Source of the DNA: Candidatus Eremiobacteria bacterium
Lineage (GTDB): Bacteria > Vulcanimicrobiota > Vulcanimicrobiia > Vulcanimicrobiales > Vulcanimicrobiaceae
DNA length: 64,000 bases
Assembly: GCA_963758295.1 (NCBI GenBank)
Contig: CAVWUU010000004.1
Location: 1,184,001-1,248,000 of the forward strand
Direction of reading: 5' to 3'
Shown here: positions 48,221 to 57,605 of the stretch, piece by piece
Position numbering within the stretch: the first letter of the stretch is position 1
How the letters are laid out: every line of letters starts with the position of its first letter
Translations under genes and position numbers: made by a program
The notes under the pieces: model-generated
The model's input: the letters and a program-made list of their open reading frames with translations, nothing else
Databases searched by the model: none
What the model was told of the DNA's origin: nothing

Positions 48221-48273
48221 GGCGCTGCTGTTCGCGACAGGAGCCGCAGACGCTTCCTCCGATTAGCACCGGA

Positions 48274-48819
48274 ATGGAAAAGCCGCAGTGGCGAGTGCGT
48301 TCATCGAGCTACGTTATCGATTCACCCTTCCTTCGTCTCCGAAAGGACGAGTTAGAGCTGCCGAACGGAGCTATCGTTCCTGACTATTACGTGCGGGAAT
48401 CACGCGGCTTCGTCATCGTGTTGGCCATTACGCCGGAGAATCAAGCGGTCCTCGTCGAGCAGTACCGCTACGGAAACGACTCCATGGTCATCGAGCTGCC
48501 TGCCGGATCGATCGACGAAAACGAAGGTGCGCTCGCGTGCGCGCGCCGCGAGCTCATCGAAGAAACCGGGTATTCTTCCGACGAGTGGGAGTTCGTTTCC
48601 GCCGTACCGGCCGAACCGGTGCGCTCCGATTCGGTGATGCACTGCTATGTCGCTCGAAACGCGAAAGCGTCCGCCGCCCAATCGCTCGACGTTACGGAAC
48701 ATATCGAGGTGCTGCTCGTGCCGCTCGACCGCCTTCGCGCGATGCTGCGCGACGCCGCCATCGGTTCCGTCGCCTCGGTCGCGGCAGCTTACGCGGCGTT
48801 AGACCGAATCGGAGCGTAG
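48274..48819 (+). CDS. Nudix hydrolase (ADP-ribose pyrophosphatase-like)
   Basis: ELPAG.ID..E....CARRELIEETGY Nudix box; QYRY. Confidence 0.9.
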   Translation: MEKPQWRVRSSSYVIDSPFLRLRKDELELPNGAIVPDYYVRESRGFVIVLAITPENQAVLVEQYRYGNDSMVIELPAGSIDENEGALACARRELIEETGYSSDEWEFVSAVPAEPVRSDSVMHCYVARNAKASAAQSLDVTEHIEVLLVPLDRLRAMLRDAAIGSVASVAAAYAALDRIGA

Positions 48820-49554
48820 TCGCGAGCGCGGGTTCCGCGCACTCGTTGCGCCGCGAAGAAGCGCGCGCAGCTCGGCAAGGGAGCCGAACGGATAAACTTT
48901 CTCCTCGCCGCATGCGACTACGGCTATATCTTCCTTCGCCCGCACGAACGGACGCAAGGCCGCGGCGCACGCTTGCGAAAGCACGTTCAACCCGCGCGAG
49001 TACGGCGTCAGAGCCGGAACGATGATGGCATGCGGTGAGGCGAGGAACGCCGGCGCCGCATGATCGCCGCCGAGATGAATCGATGGATGCAGATGGCCGG
49101 CAATGATTCGTGCGGCCGCAACCGGCTCGTCGCCGTGCACGAGCATCCAGCCGTCGCGTTCAAGACTTTCAAACGTTTCGCCTAGAACCCCAGCGCCACG
49201 CGTGCGACCTTCGTGATTGCCGGCGATTATCGTGACTTCGCAATGCGCGCGTAGGAGTTGCAATGCTCCGGTGACCGTGCGCGCGGCGCCCTCGCTCATG
49301 CGGCTGCCGTGAATCACGTCGCCGAGGAACACGAGTTCGCGCGCCGCCATTTTTCGTGCCGCCTGCGAGAGAATGGTGACCGATTGCGCGGTGCTCCAAA
49401 GCGGCAGCGCCGCACCTATAACGTCTTCGTACGCGAAATGGACGTCGGCAGCGATTATGACTCGCGACTGCTCCAAAAAAAGCAGCCCGTGGGGCAACGC
49501 CACGGCGCCGGGGACAAGTTGAACCGTCGACGCAGCACGTTGAGGAACGATCAC
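48799..49554 (-). CDS. Lhr-associated metallophosphoesterase (ICC/PdeM-like)
   Basis: ADVHF, LGDVIH, GNHE, HGD, GHLHP; overlaps the lhr stop. Confidence 0.87.
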   Translation of the reverse strand: MIVPQRAASTVQLVPGAVALPHGLLFLEQSRVIIAADVHFAYEDVIGAALPLWSTAQSVTILSQAARKMAARELVFLGDVIHGSRMSEGAARTVTGALQLLRAHCEVTIIAGNHEGRTRGAGVLGETFESLERDGWMLVHGDEPVAAARIIAGHLHPSIHLGGDHAAPAFLASPHAIIVPALTPYSRGLNVLSQACAAALRPFVRAKEDIAVVACGEEKVYPFGSLAELRALLRGATSARNPRSRLRSDSV

Positions 49555-52214
49555 GAACCGAACCGTAACTGCAGTTGGAGTTCGCTCGCACCATGCGGTG
49601 CAAGGTCTTCACCTTCCGACGCGCGCTCGCCGAGCAACTCCAGAACCCGCTCGTGCAACGCTTCGACCATCGTGGCGCGATCGTCAAGCACGACTGAATC
49701 GCCGAACGACGAGGTAACGATGCCGAAGGTAAACGGCGTCGCCGCCGGCGGATGCGTAACGCGCAGTTCACCCACGATGCTTTCCAAATACGCAAGCGCG
49801 CCGGGCGCGTCCAGCAAATCGCGCGTGACCGTGCGCAGCGTTTCTCGCAGCAGCGGAAACTCCGGATCGCGGCGGTACACCGCTTCGAATATCCGCGTGC
49901 TGTTCCAACTTTGCGCACCACGCCGTAAACTTCTTCCGGCGGCCCGGCGCAGCACGAGCAGTCCGGTGTTCGCAACGTAACGGAAAAAGTTTCGCAAGAG
50001 ATGCGAGCTGCGAAGCCCAGCCATCAAGTCCTTTTCGAAGTCCCCGGTATGCAGCATGCTCGCCCAGGTAGCGTCTGGAAGCGACTTGCGCACAGGTAAG
50101 GTGACGAGAAATCCGTTGTCGTCGGTCGTAATCTGCGTGTTTACTTGCGCGGCTTCGAAGATGCGGGCGCCGACGACCCGCGCAAGCGTTTCGTTGATGC
50201 GGCGTCCCGCGCAGGTGTGAAACACAGCCGTCTGCCGCCGGTCCATCCGGTAGATTTCAATGACCGGCCGGCCCTCTTCCGGGATAGCGGAAAGCGCCTG
50301 TTGTTGCGCGACATAGCGCAGCACAAGCGACGCTTCGTGGCCTTCAAGCCCGTAACGGTTCTTCAAAAACGCGAGCGCGCTTTGCGCTTCCCGCTCTCGT
50401 AAGAACCGCGCGACCCCGGTACGCAAGGTTGTGATTTCGCTCGCGAGCGACGGCGGAATGCCTTTGAGTTGCGAGCTCCACTGCGGTACCGTGGGACGGC
50501 CCGCGTACGGCTCGGCCGTGATGCCGGTCGTGCCGATTTCTTTTACCCGCATCGTGCGTCCGTTCAAAACGAACACGTCGCCCACGCGCAGCTCGTTGAC
50601 GAAACTTTCTTCGACGCGTCCGACGTCCGCGCCGCCCGCCATTCGAACGAGCACGCGTTGTTCGTCCGGAATCGTGCCGACGTTTTCGAAAAACGCCGCG
50701 CACACTTCCCGTCCGAGCCCGTAGATCGCTTCACCGTCGAATCCCAACCGCCGTACGTGCGCTTCGTCGGGACCGACGCCACCGCCGGAAAGATACTGCG
50801 CGCAGCGAACGACGTCGCCGCGTTCCAGCGCTCGGTACGGATACGCGCGACGCGCCGTCTCCACCACTTCGTCGACCGTCAGTCGCTTGTCGTAACAAAC
50901 GCTTCCGACCATCCACTGCGCGAGCACGTCGAGCGGCGCTTGCGGAATTGCCACTTCGTCGATGATTCCATCGGCGATGCAGCGTTTGGTGGCCGCCGCT
51001 TCGATTATGTCATCGCGGTCTTGCGCGATGATCGTGCCACGCGCAATCGCATCGGGCCGGTGGCCGGCTCGGCCGATACGCTGCAGCGTCGGCGTCACTC
51101 CGCGGGCACCGCCGATAATGAGCACACGATCGATGAAGCCGATGTCAACGCCAAGCTCGAGACTCGAACTACACACAACGGTGTGTAGCTTTCCGGCGCG
51201 TAATGCCGCTTCGACACGATGACGAACGCTGCGTTCAAGTGCGGAATGGTGGACGCCGATCCGGGGATCGTACCGCTTGGGCATTTCCTGGCCTTCGACT
51301 TCCTCGATCGAGTCGTCGTCGCCGGCAATGAGGGCCATCTCGTGCGCAACGCGTTCGGCTTGACTGCGGACATTGGTGAACACTAGCGAAGTTTGCACGT
51401 CTTCCGCAAGATCGCGGGCGGTTTGCGCGATTTTCGGCAGGGGCGCCATCGCGCCGGAGAACGGCGCGTGCACGTCGATGCGGATGCTTCGCAACCCGCG
51501 ATGATCGATGACGTCGCATTCCCGGCCTTCGCCGGCAACAAAGCGTGCAACTCGCTCGAGCGGCGAAACGGTCGCCGAAAGGCCGACGCGATTGAAATCG
51601 TTTTCGGAAAGGCGCTCGAGCGATTCGAGCAAGAGCGAAAGCTGCGCGCCGCGCTTGTTGCCGGCGAGGGCGTGCACTTCGTCGATGACGACCGTTTCGA
51701 GCAATCGCAACCCGCGCCGATAGCTCTCCATGCCAAGCATCACGGCGAGCGACTCCGGCGTCGTCACCAAGATGTGGGGCGGGCGCGAAAGCATGAGCCG
51801 CCGTTCTTCTTTGGGCGTATCGCCCGTGCGTACGCCGGTGCGCACGAACTGCTCGCGAATTCTTCCGCGGCGCTTCTTGGCGCGCTCGGTGTTCGGGCGT
51901 TCCAGCAACTGCATTTCGCGCATCGGGCGGCGCAAGTTGTGCTCGACGTCGTAGCCCAGCGCCCGCAGCGGCGAAATGTAGAGCGCGTAGGTTCGCGCAA
52001 AGAGCTCGTCGCGGTCGCGCAGGTCTGCCAGGTGCGAGATTACCGGCAAGAAGGCGGCCAGCGTCTTTCCGGTGCCGGTCGGCGAGCAAATCAGAAGGTT
52101 CCGGCGCTCCAGCCCGCGCGGCACCGCGTCGCGTTGAGGCGGCGTCGGCTCACCAAGGTGTTCGGTGCACCAACGCGCCACGTCCGGGTGCAGCGCGGAA
52201 AAAGCGGACTCCAT
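49551..52214 (-). CDS. lhr: Lhr-core SF2 helicase
   Basis: SPTGTGKTLAAF, YISPLRAL, RTGDT, TTPESL, DEVH, GLSAT, HHSAL, SSSLELGVD, QRIGRAGH, NVGTIP. Confidence 0.93.
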   Translation of the reverse strand: MESAFSALHPDVARWCTEHLGEPTPPQRDAVPRGLERRNLLICSPTGTGKTLAAFLPVISHLADLRDRDELFARTYALYISPLRALGYDVEHNLRRPMREMQLLERPNTERAKKRRGRIREQFVRTGVRTGDTPKEERRLMLSRPPHILVTTPESLAVMLGMESYRRGLRLLETVVIDEVHALAGNKRGAQLSLLLESLERLSENDFNRVGLSATVSPLERVARFVAGEGRECDVIDHRGLRSIRIDVHAPFSGAMAPLPKIAQTARDLAEDVQTSLVFTNVRSQAERVAHEMALIAGDDDSIEEVEGQEMPKRYDPRIGVHHSALERSVRHRVEAALRAGKLHTVVCSSSLELGVDIGFIDRVLIIGGARGVTPTLQRIGRAGHRPDAIARGTIIAQDRDDIIEAAATKRCIADGIIDEVAIPQAPLDVLAQWMVGSVCYDKRLTVDEVVETARRAYPYRALERGDVVRCAQYLSGGGVGPDEAHVRRLGFDGEAIYGLGREVCAAFFENVGTIPDEQRVLVRMAGGADVGRVEESFVNELRVGDVFVLNGRTMRVKEIGTTGITAEPYAGRPTVPQWSSQLKGIPPSLASEITTLRTGVARFLREREAQSALAFLKNRYGLEGHEASLVLRYVAQQQALSAIPEEGRPVIEIYRMDRRQTAVFHTCAGRRINETLARVVGARIFEAAQVNTQITTDDNGFLVTLPVRKSLPDATWASMLHTGDFEKDLMAGLRSSHLLRNFFRYVANTGLLVLRRAAGRSLRRGAQSWNSTRIFEAVYRRDPEFPLLRETLRTVTRDLLDAPGALAYLESIVGELRVTHPPAATPFTFGIVTSSFGDSVVLDDRATMVEALHERVLELLGERASEGEDLAPHGASELQLQLRFGS

Positions 52215-52219
52215 GGGAA

Positions 52220-52233
52220 CGAACTGACGTTCG
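52220..52233. promoter_or_regulatory. LexA (SOS) box CGAAC-N4-GTTCG
   Basis: cgaactgacgttcg, 5 nt upstream of the lhr ATG. Confidence 0.8.
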
Positions 52234-52256
52234 CCCCCATGGCGCGCGCTTCTTCT

Positions 52257-52988
52257 TTAATGAGGCTTGGTGAGACTGTCGGAGGAGAGCGAGGCGGTTA
52301 CCTCGGTCTTCTGGGTCTGATACTGACCCATGCCCTGGGGAATTCTGGCGATGGTGTACTCGTCGATCGCGGTCGGGACGTTGCCGGCCAAGTCGTACGA
52401 GATCTTCTCGGACGTCGTGCTGGTGGCGCTGCCGCCGCTATGCTGGGACGACGAACTGTCGGAGTCGATCTTCAGAATTCCGTTGTCGTTACTGCGGACG
52501 CGGAAATCCATCTTGGCGCCGTTGTTTCCGTCGCCCACATCGATCGCCCAATGGTTGTTCTCGTCGAGCTTGCTGGGATCCACGAACCCCGGGGCGAGCA
52601 ATCTGACGATGGAAAGTTCTTCGGGCAGTACCGTCAAGTTATGATCGCACGAAGCCGCGGTGCTCGCCCACACCACGCAAACCGCGGGTCCGGCGCGACG
52701 CCGTTCCTGACCCTGCTCGCTGACGCGAACGACAAGCGATTTATCCGACCGCTCGCCCAGCACTTCTACCGTAATCGTCCCCTTATCGCCGTCCGAAGCG
52801 GTGAAATCGCTAACGCCGCTGCCGCCGACCGCGCCCCCGCGCGGGTCGATGCCGGAGTTCAAAACTTCCAAATCGCTCGAAGTGCCGAACGTAAAGTTGA
52901 AGACCATCGTGCGCAGGGGCGGCGGGTCCGCTAAAGCCGTTTGGCCCGCAGCGATAAACGCTGCGAGCGCCAAGACGAATCTCTTCAT
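52257..52988 (-). CDS. Secreted hypothetical protein
   Basis: MKRFVLALAAFIAAGQTALA signal peptide; ATG at 52988. Confidence 0.75.
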   Translation of the reverse strand: MKRFVLALAAFIAAGQTALADPPPLRTMVFNFTFGTSSDLEVLNSGIDPRGGAVGGSGVSDFTASDGDKGTITVEVLGERSDKSLVVRVSEQGQERRRAGPAVCVVWASTAASCDHNLTVLPEELSIVRLLAPGFVDPSKLDENNHWAIDVGDGNNGAKMDFRVRSNDNGILKIDSDSSSSQHSGGSATSTTSEKISYDLAGNVPTAIDEYTIARIPQGMGQYQTQKTEVTASLSSDSLTKPH

Positions 52989-52998
52989 TGCCCGGCGC

Positions 52999-53157
52999 CT
53001 ACGCGGACGCGTCGACGTTGCCCCCCAAGCCGATCGATGCGGCGAGGAGCGCGGCTTGGCTTTGATCGAGGTTCTGCACGGCTTTGAGAACGCTAACGTT
53101 GAGCGAGCTGCTAACGCTCGCCGCAACCATGCCGGTCTCAATGCTTGAGATATCCAT
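52999..53157 (-). CDS. YjfB-like small putative motility protein (52 aa; not in the ORF track)
   Basis: MDISSIETGMVAASVSSSLNVSVLKAVQNLDQSQAALLAASIGLGGNVDASA; GGAGG SD; V.VLK..Q and G.NVD..A pattern. Confidence 0.7.
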   Translation of the reverse strand: MDISSIETGMVAASVSSSLNVSVLKAVQNLDQSQAALLAASIGLGGNVDASA

Positions 53158-53233
53158 GGTTAGATGAAACCTCCAACCTTAGTATCGGTACGTTGAGTTA
53201 GGAAGTCCAGCCCCAGCTCAAACGAGGTCGAAG

Positions 53234-53422
53234 ATGAATCCGCTGCTCCAAACGTTCCTGAAAATCACCGCCATCGTGGCAGTCGCCATCGTGGGACTCT
53301 TCATCCTCGCGTTCGTCTTGAAGATCGTCGTCGTGGCAGCGATCGTCGCGGCGGTCGTCGTCGGCGGCATCTTCCTTTACAACCTCATTCGGCGCCGCAA
53401 CGGCGTTTCCGTGAGCCGCTAA
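53234..53422 (+). CDS. Small two-TM membrane protein
   Basis: 62 aa, hydrophobic, basic tail; GAGG SD. Confidence 0.75.
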   Translation: MNPLLQTFLKITAIVAVAIVGLFILAFVLKIVVVAAIVAAVVVGGIFLYNLIRRRNGVSVSR

Positions 53423-54201
53423 CGGCGTAACCACTCCTCGAGCGCACCGCTTACTCGCGCCGGCTCTTCCATCATCGGAAGATGTCCGCTCGATTCGCAG
53501 ACGACGAGCTCCGCGTCGGGAAACGCCGCCGCCGTTGCGCGTGCGCCTTCTAACGAGATCAAAGGATCTTTTCCGCCGGCCATTACCAGGACGGGCAGCT
53601 CCAGTTCGGGCGCAATGTCAAAGCCTTCGTCGCGCACGGCCATGCCGCGCAGCATCGCGGCGGCGCCGCGGGGCGAAGTTGCCTCCATCAACGCTTTCGC
53701 GCGTTGCGCCACGCCGGCGTCCAGGTCTTCAACGAGCAATTTCGGCGCATACCACTGCGTAATCGGCGCGATGCTCTCTCCTGCTTCGGCCCGGTTTGCC
53801 AACTCGTAACGCGTCCGCGCCATCTCCGGCGAGTCGGCATTGAGCCTGCTGCAGATGAGCGCGAGATGCGAGAGCCGCTCGGAATACATCCGCGCAAACG
53901 CTACGGCGACGAATCCCCCGAGAGAATGTCCCGCAAGAGCGACGCGCTCGAGACCGAGCGCATCGAGCACCGCTGCGATGTCACCGGCGAGTGTTTCCAT
54001 CAGATATGGGCCGTCCGGCACGCTGGATGCGCCGAGTCCGCGCAGATCCGGACGAATGACTCGATAGTTCGCGGAAAGCACTTCAACTTGCGCGTTCCAG
54101 ACCGCGCGCGAGAGTGGAAAGCCGGAAAGCAACACAATCGCATCGCCATTTTTCCCGTCGATTTGCACATCGATCTGCGCGTTGTCATTGATTACGCGCA
54201 T
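53419..54201 (-). CDS. Alpha/beta hydrolase
   Basis: GFP oxyanion motif, PDLRGLG.S, GHSLGG, G.KD, SGHL. Confidence 0.9.
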   Translation of the reverse strand: MRVINDNAQIDVQIDGKNGDAIVLLSGFPLSRAVWNAQVEVLSANYRVIRPDLRGLGASSVPDGPYLMETLAGDIAAVLDALGLERVALAGHSLGGFVAVAFARMYSERLSHLALICSRLNADSPEMARTRYELANRAEAGESIAPITQWYAPKLLVEDLDAGVAQRAKALMEATSPRGAAAMLRGMAVRDEGFDIAPELELPVLVMAGGKDPLISLEGARATAAAFPDAELVVCESSGHLPMMEEPARVSGALEEWLRR

Positions 54202-54230
54202 TCGCTCGACTCCGTGATATCACCAAAAAC

Positions 54231-54259
54231 TTGCATTAACGTTCGTAATACTGTATAAG
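54231..54259 (+). promoter_or_regulatory. sigma70-type promoter TTGCAT-N17-TATAAG
   Basis: AT-rich segment upstream of the histone-like gene. Confidence 0.55.
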
Positions 54260-54312
54260 GTAGGCAACAACCCTGGCTGCTTGCTGGCCAGAGAAAGGAT
54301 GACTCCACGCAC

Positions 54313-54651
54313 ATGGCAGTCAAACGTACGAAGAAAGCAGCGGCTCCTAAACGCGCTGCAAAGAAAGCCGCTCCGAAGCGGAAGACCGCAGCTCGCAAAG
54401 CAACGGGCGCGCGCAAGACCACCCGCAAAAAGACGACGCGTAAGAAATCAACGCGCAAAGCTGCGGGCGGACGCAAGAAGGCAACGCGCAAGGCGACGGG
54501 ACGTAAAAAGACCGCGTCGCGCAAGAAGACGACCCGTAAAGCTGGAGCACGCAAGTCGACCCGTAAAGCGACAGCGCGCAAGACAACCCGCAAGGCGTCG
54601 ACGCGTAAAGCCGCTCCTCGCCGCAAAGCTACCCGTAAGAAAGCCGCATAA
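54313..54651 (+). CDS. Histone H1-like Lys/Arg/Ala/Thr-rich basic protein
   Basis: 112 aa with no acidic residues; repeated RK(A/T/S)TRK units; AAGGA SD, own promoter and terminator. Confidence 0.85.
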   Translation: MAVKRTKKAAAPKRAAKKAAPKRKTAARKATGARKTTRKKTTRKKSTRKAAGGRKKATRKATGRKKTASRKKTTRKAGARKSTRKATARKTTRKASTRKAAPRRKATRKKAA

Positions 54652-54676
54652 GCTTCTTCCGGGTTTTTTAATGCCT

Positions 54677-54708
54677 GCGAGCCGCGACAGCGGCTCGCTT
54701 TTTTATTT
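54677..54708 (+). terminator. Rho-independent terminator
   Basis: gcgagccgc-gaca-gcggctcgc followed by tttttt. Confidence 0.88.
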
Positions 54709-54721
54709 GTGAGCGGAAAGC

Positions 54722-55930
54722 TCAGACGGTGCGGATGAGCGGGGTGAGGAGGTAGACGAGGGCGATGATGAACACGCAAGAGCCTCCCGCGAGAGCGAAA
54801 GCGAGATGGAGGCCGGTAATGGCAGCGAGAGAGCCGACGACGAGCGAGCCGAGAGGGACGACGCCGACGGCGATCATGGTGTAGACGGACATGGCGCGGC
54901 CGCGCAGATCATCGGGTGAGAGTGTTTGCACCAAAGTGTTGGAAGCGCCGAGGAATGCGAGCGTGCCCAGACCGATGGTGAAAAAAATCGGGATGGAGAG
55001 GGCGATCGACCAGATGAACGAGAGCGCGAAAACGCCTCCCGACATGACGACTCCCGCGATCACCCATTGAGTCGAGCGGCGTTCGTGGCCCGCGAAAATG
55101 GCCGTGACGAGTCCGCCGCCGAAACCGCCGATGCCGGCGGCGGCGACCGCCCAGCCGAGCGATCGCGCATCACCATGCAACGTGTTCACGACGAACGCGG
55201 GAATGAGTTGGCTGTAGGGCCGCACCAGAATAGCGCTTATGAAAAACACCACGAAGATCCAGCGTAAAATGGGGTGGTCGCGAACGAACCGCAAGCCGGA
55301 CATGATTGAAGCGAACATCGGCTCGCGGCGCGCCGTTGACGGCGGTGAAGACGCCATCATCGCGACCGCGACGACGACGGCCAGCGTGGCGACGGCGTTG
55401 ACGTAAAACGATCCGGCGACGCCGACCCATACGATGAGTAAGCCGGCAACGGCCGGACCGACGACGGCCGGCGCGTTGAATGCGATGGAATTCAAGCCGA
55501 TTGCATTTCCCACGTAGGGACGGTCTACGAGCATCGGCACCCAGCTTTGACGCACCGGCGAATCGAAAGCGTTAGCCGCGGCGTTGATCGCCGAGATGAT
55601 GATGACGCCGCTGAGATCGAGGCGTCCGAACGAAGAAAGCAGTGCCAGTGCGAGCGCCGCGAGCGACATCGTAACGTTTGTCACGAGCAATACGCGGCGG
55701 CGCGGGAAAACGTCGGCAACGACGCCCGCAATGGGCGAAAGCAAAAGCACCGGCACGGCTCGAGCTCCGCCGATGATGCCCAGATACAACGCCGCGCGAT
55801 GCGGCGATCCCGCTAGTTGAGAAACGAAATAGCCCATCGCGGTGAACTGCATCCACGTTCCGAGGTTCGAAATCATCAGCCCGAACCACATCAAGCGGAA
55901 ATCGCGGAAGCGCAGCGGCGCGAGAATCAC
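54722..55930 (-). CDS. MFS transporter (MFS_3/EntS-like)
   Basis: PLRFRDFRL.W.G..ISN.G.WMQ, GVVAD.FPRRR, RGRAMS; GTG at 55930 overlaps the upstream stop. Confidence 0.9.
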   Translation of the reverse strand: MILAPLRFRDFRLMWFGLMISNLGTWMQFTAMGYFVSQLAGSPHRAALYLGIIGGARAVPVLLLSPIAGVVADVFPRRRVLLVTNVTMSLAALALALLSSFGRLDLSGVIIISAINAAANAFDSPVRQSWVPMLVDRPYVGNAIGLNSIAFNAPAVVGPAVAGLLIVWVGVAGSFYVNAVATLAVVVAVAMMASSPPSTARREPMFASIMSGLRFVRDHPILRWIFVVFFISAILVRPYSQLIPAFVVNTLHGDARSLGWAVAAAGIGGFGGGLVTAIFAGHERRSTQWVIAGVVMSGGVFALSFIWSIALSIPIFFTIGLGTLAFLGASNTLVQTLSPDDLRGRAMSVYTMIAVGVVPLGSLVVGSLAAITGLHLAFALAGGSCVFIIALVYLLTPLIRTV

Positions 55931-56535
55931 GAGTGGCTGCGTACCGCGTCGACGATGAGCGACGCACTTCGTTCGGGCCCGAAGGTTGACGTGTCGACGG
56001 CAAGATCGTAGATGTCGAGCTTGCCGAAAGCGACGTTGTACCAATCGCGCAGATGGGCTTCCCGCGCGCGATCGATGCGGTCGATTTCGGCTGCCGCGGC
56101 CTTCGGGTCGATTTGCAGCTCGAAGGCGATACGCTCGATGCGCCACTCTCGCGGGGCGTACATGAAGACGCGCAACACGTCGGCGCGCCGGCCCAAAATC
56201 ACGCCGGCAGCCCGGCCGGCGATAACGACGTTTCCGCGCGCCGCGTAGTCACGCACCGCCTGCTGAACGGCCCGCATGTATTCATCGTCGAACGTTTCGC
56301 CGAACGTCGTCGCCGAAATTTCGGGCGTCGAAAGCTCTAGACTCGAGAGCAGGCGCGCTCCAAGCGAACGGCCCGTTTCGTCGGCCGCGAGCGCTTCTTC
56401 GCGGCTGATCTTCATCCGCTTCGCAACCACGACGGGAAGCTGGCGGTCTACGAATTGATATCCGAGTTCGCGCGCGGCGCGCTCCGCGATAGCGACCGCT
56501 CCGCAACCGTACTGATTGGAGATCGTGACTATCAC
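55927..56535 (-). CDS. Cytidylate kinase-like family protein
   Basis: IVTIS.QYG.G...IA..A..LG, VVI.GR, YDL.VDTS. Confidence 0.85.
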   Translation of the reverse strand: MIVTISNQYGCGAVAIAERAARELGYQFVDRQLPVVVAKRMKISREEALAADETGRSLGARLLSSLELSTPEISATTFGETFDDEYMRAVQQAVRDYAARGNVVIAGRAAGVILGRRADVLRVFMYAPREWRIERIAFELQIDPKAAAAEIDRIDRAREAHLRDWYNVAFGKLDIYDLAVDTSTFGPERSASLIVDAVRSHS

Positions 56536-56597
56536 TCCGGCTACATACGCGAGTACGATGGGGCTCCCCCGTCGTGAACGCGAAGGGTTTCGCGGCG

Positions 56598-57605
56598 ATG
56601 CCCATCATCCAGACTAAAAATCTCCGCAAGGTATTCCGCACGGTGCGCCGCCAGCCGGGCGCGCTCGGCGCGATTCGCACGTTATTTTCGCGTGCGTATG
56701 AAGACCGGGTGGCGGTCGACGGTGTAACAATGTCTCTGGAAGCGGGCGAATTGGTGGGGTACATCGGGCCCAACGGCGCCGGCAAATCGACGACAATCAA
56801 AATGCTTACCGGAATTCTCGTTCCGACCTCGGGCGAGATTCAGGTCGGCGGCATAGTGCCCTACGAGAAGCGCAAGGAGAACGGGCGCAATATCGGCGTC
56901 GTCTTCGGTCAGCGAAGCCAGCTGTATTGGGATTTACCGCTCATCGAGTCGTTCGAATTACTTCGAGCGATCTACGCCGTTCCCGAGTCAACGTACCGCC
57001 GCAATCTCGATGAATTCATTCAACTCCTGCAAATGGAAGAGTTCCTGCGTACACCGGTCCGGCAGCTTTCGCTCGGACAGCGCATGCGGGGTGATTTTGC
57101 GGCGGCGCTTTTACACGATCCGCAAATCGTTTATCTCGACGAACCGACGATCGGTCTTGACGTTGTCGCGAAGGAAGCGATTCGCGAGTTCATTGCCCGG
57201 ATCAACACCGAGCGCGGCACCACGATTATTCTCACGACCCACGACCTCGCGGATGTGGAGCGGTTGTGCCGCCGCATCGTGCTCATCGACCGCGGCATCG
57301 TCATTTACGACGGCGACATCGAACGCATCAAGGGCGAGTACGGGCGCTTTCGAACGTTGGTCTTGCGCTTTGCGCAGCCTCCCGCGACGCCGGCGCTCGC
57401 AGGCGCGGAACTCGAAGGCTACGACGGGACGGTCGCCCGTTTCAAGTTCGACCGGAATCGCGAGCGTGCCGATCTGTTGATCCGTCAGGCGGGCGAGCGC
57501 TATAGCCTCGAGGACGTGACGCTCGAAGAACCCGATCTCGAATCGATTATCCGCCGCATCTACATCGAAGGATACGGCCGCCCCGCGGAGGAGACCGTCC
57601 CATGA
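56598..57605 (+). CDS. ABC-2-type exporter ATP-binding protein
   Basis: GPNGAGKST, VFGQRSQL.WDLP, LSLGQRMR, LDEPTIGLD. Confidence 0.92.
   Translation: MPIIQTKNLRKVFRTVRRQPGALGAIRTLFSRAYEDRVAVDGVTMSLEAGELVGYIGPNGAGKSTTIKMLTGILVPTSGEIQVGGIVPYEKRKENGRNIGVVFGQRSQLYWDLPLIESFELLRAIYAVPESTYRRNLDEFIQLLQMEEFLRTPVRQLSLGQRMRGDFAAALLHDPQIVYLDEPTIGLDVVAKEAIREFIARINTERGTTIILTTHDLADVERLCRRIVLIDRGIVIYDGDIERIKGEYGRFRTLVLRFAQPPATPALAGAELEGYDGTVARFKFDRNRERADLLIRQAGERYSLEDVTLEEPDLESIIRRIYIEGYGRPAEETVP

Noticed and set aside
51393..52934. 513-aa plus-strand ORF
   Set aside because: Antisense to lhr and the secreted-protein gene; no domain signal
54313..54651. Repetitive DNA suggesting a CRISPR array or tandem repeat
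   Set aside because: Degenerate coding repeats of a Lys/Arg-rich protein; no repeat-spacer structure and no cas genes
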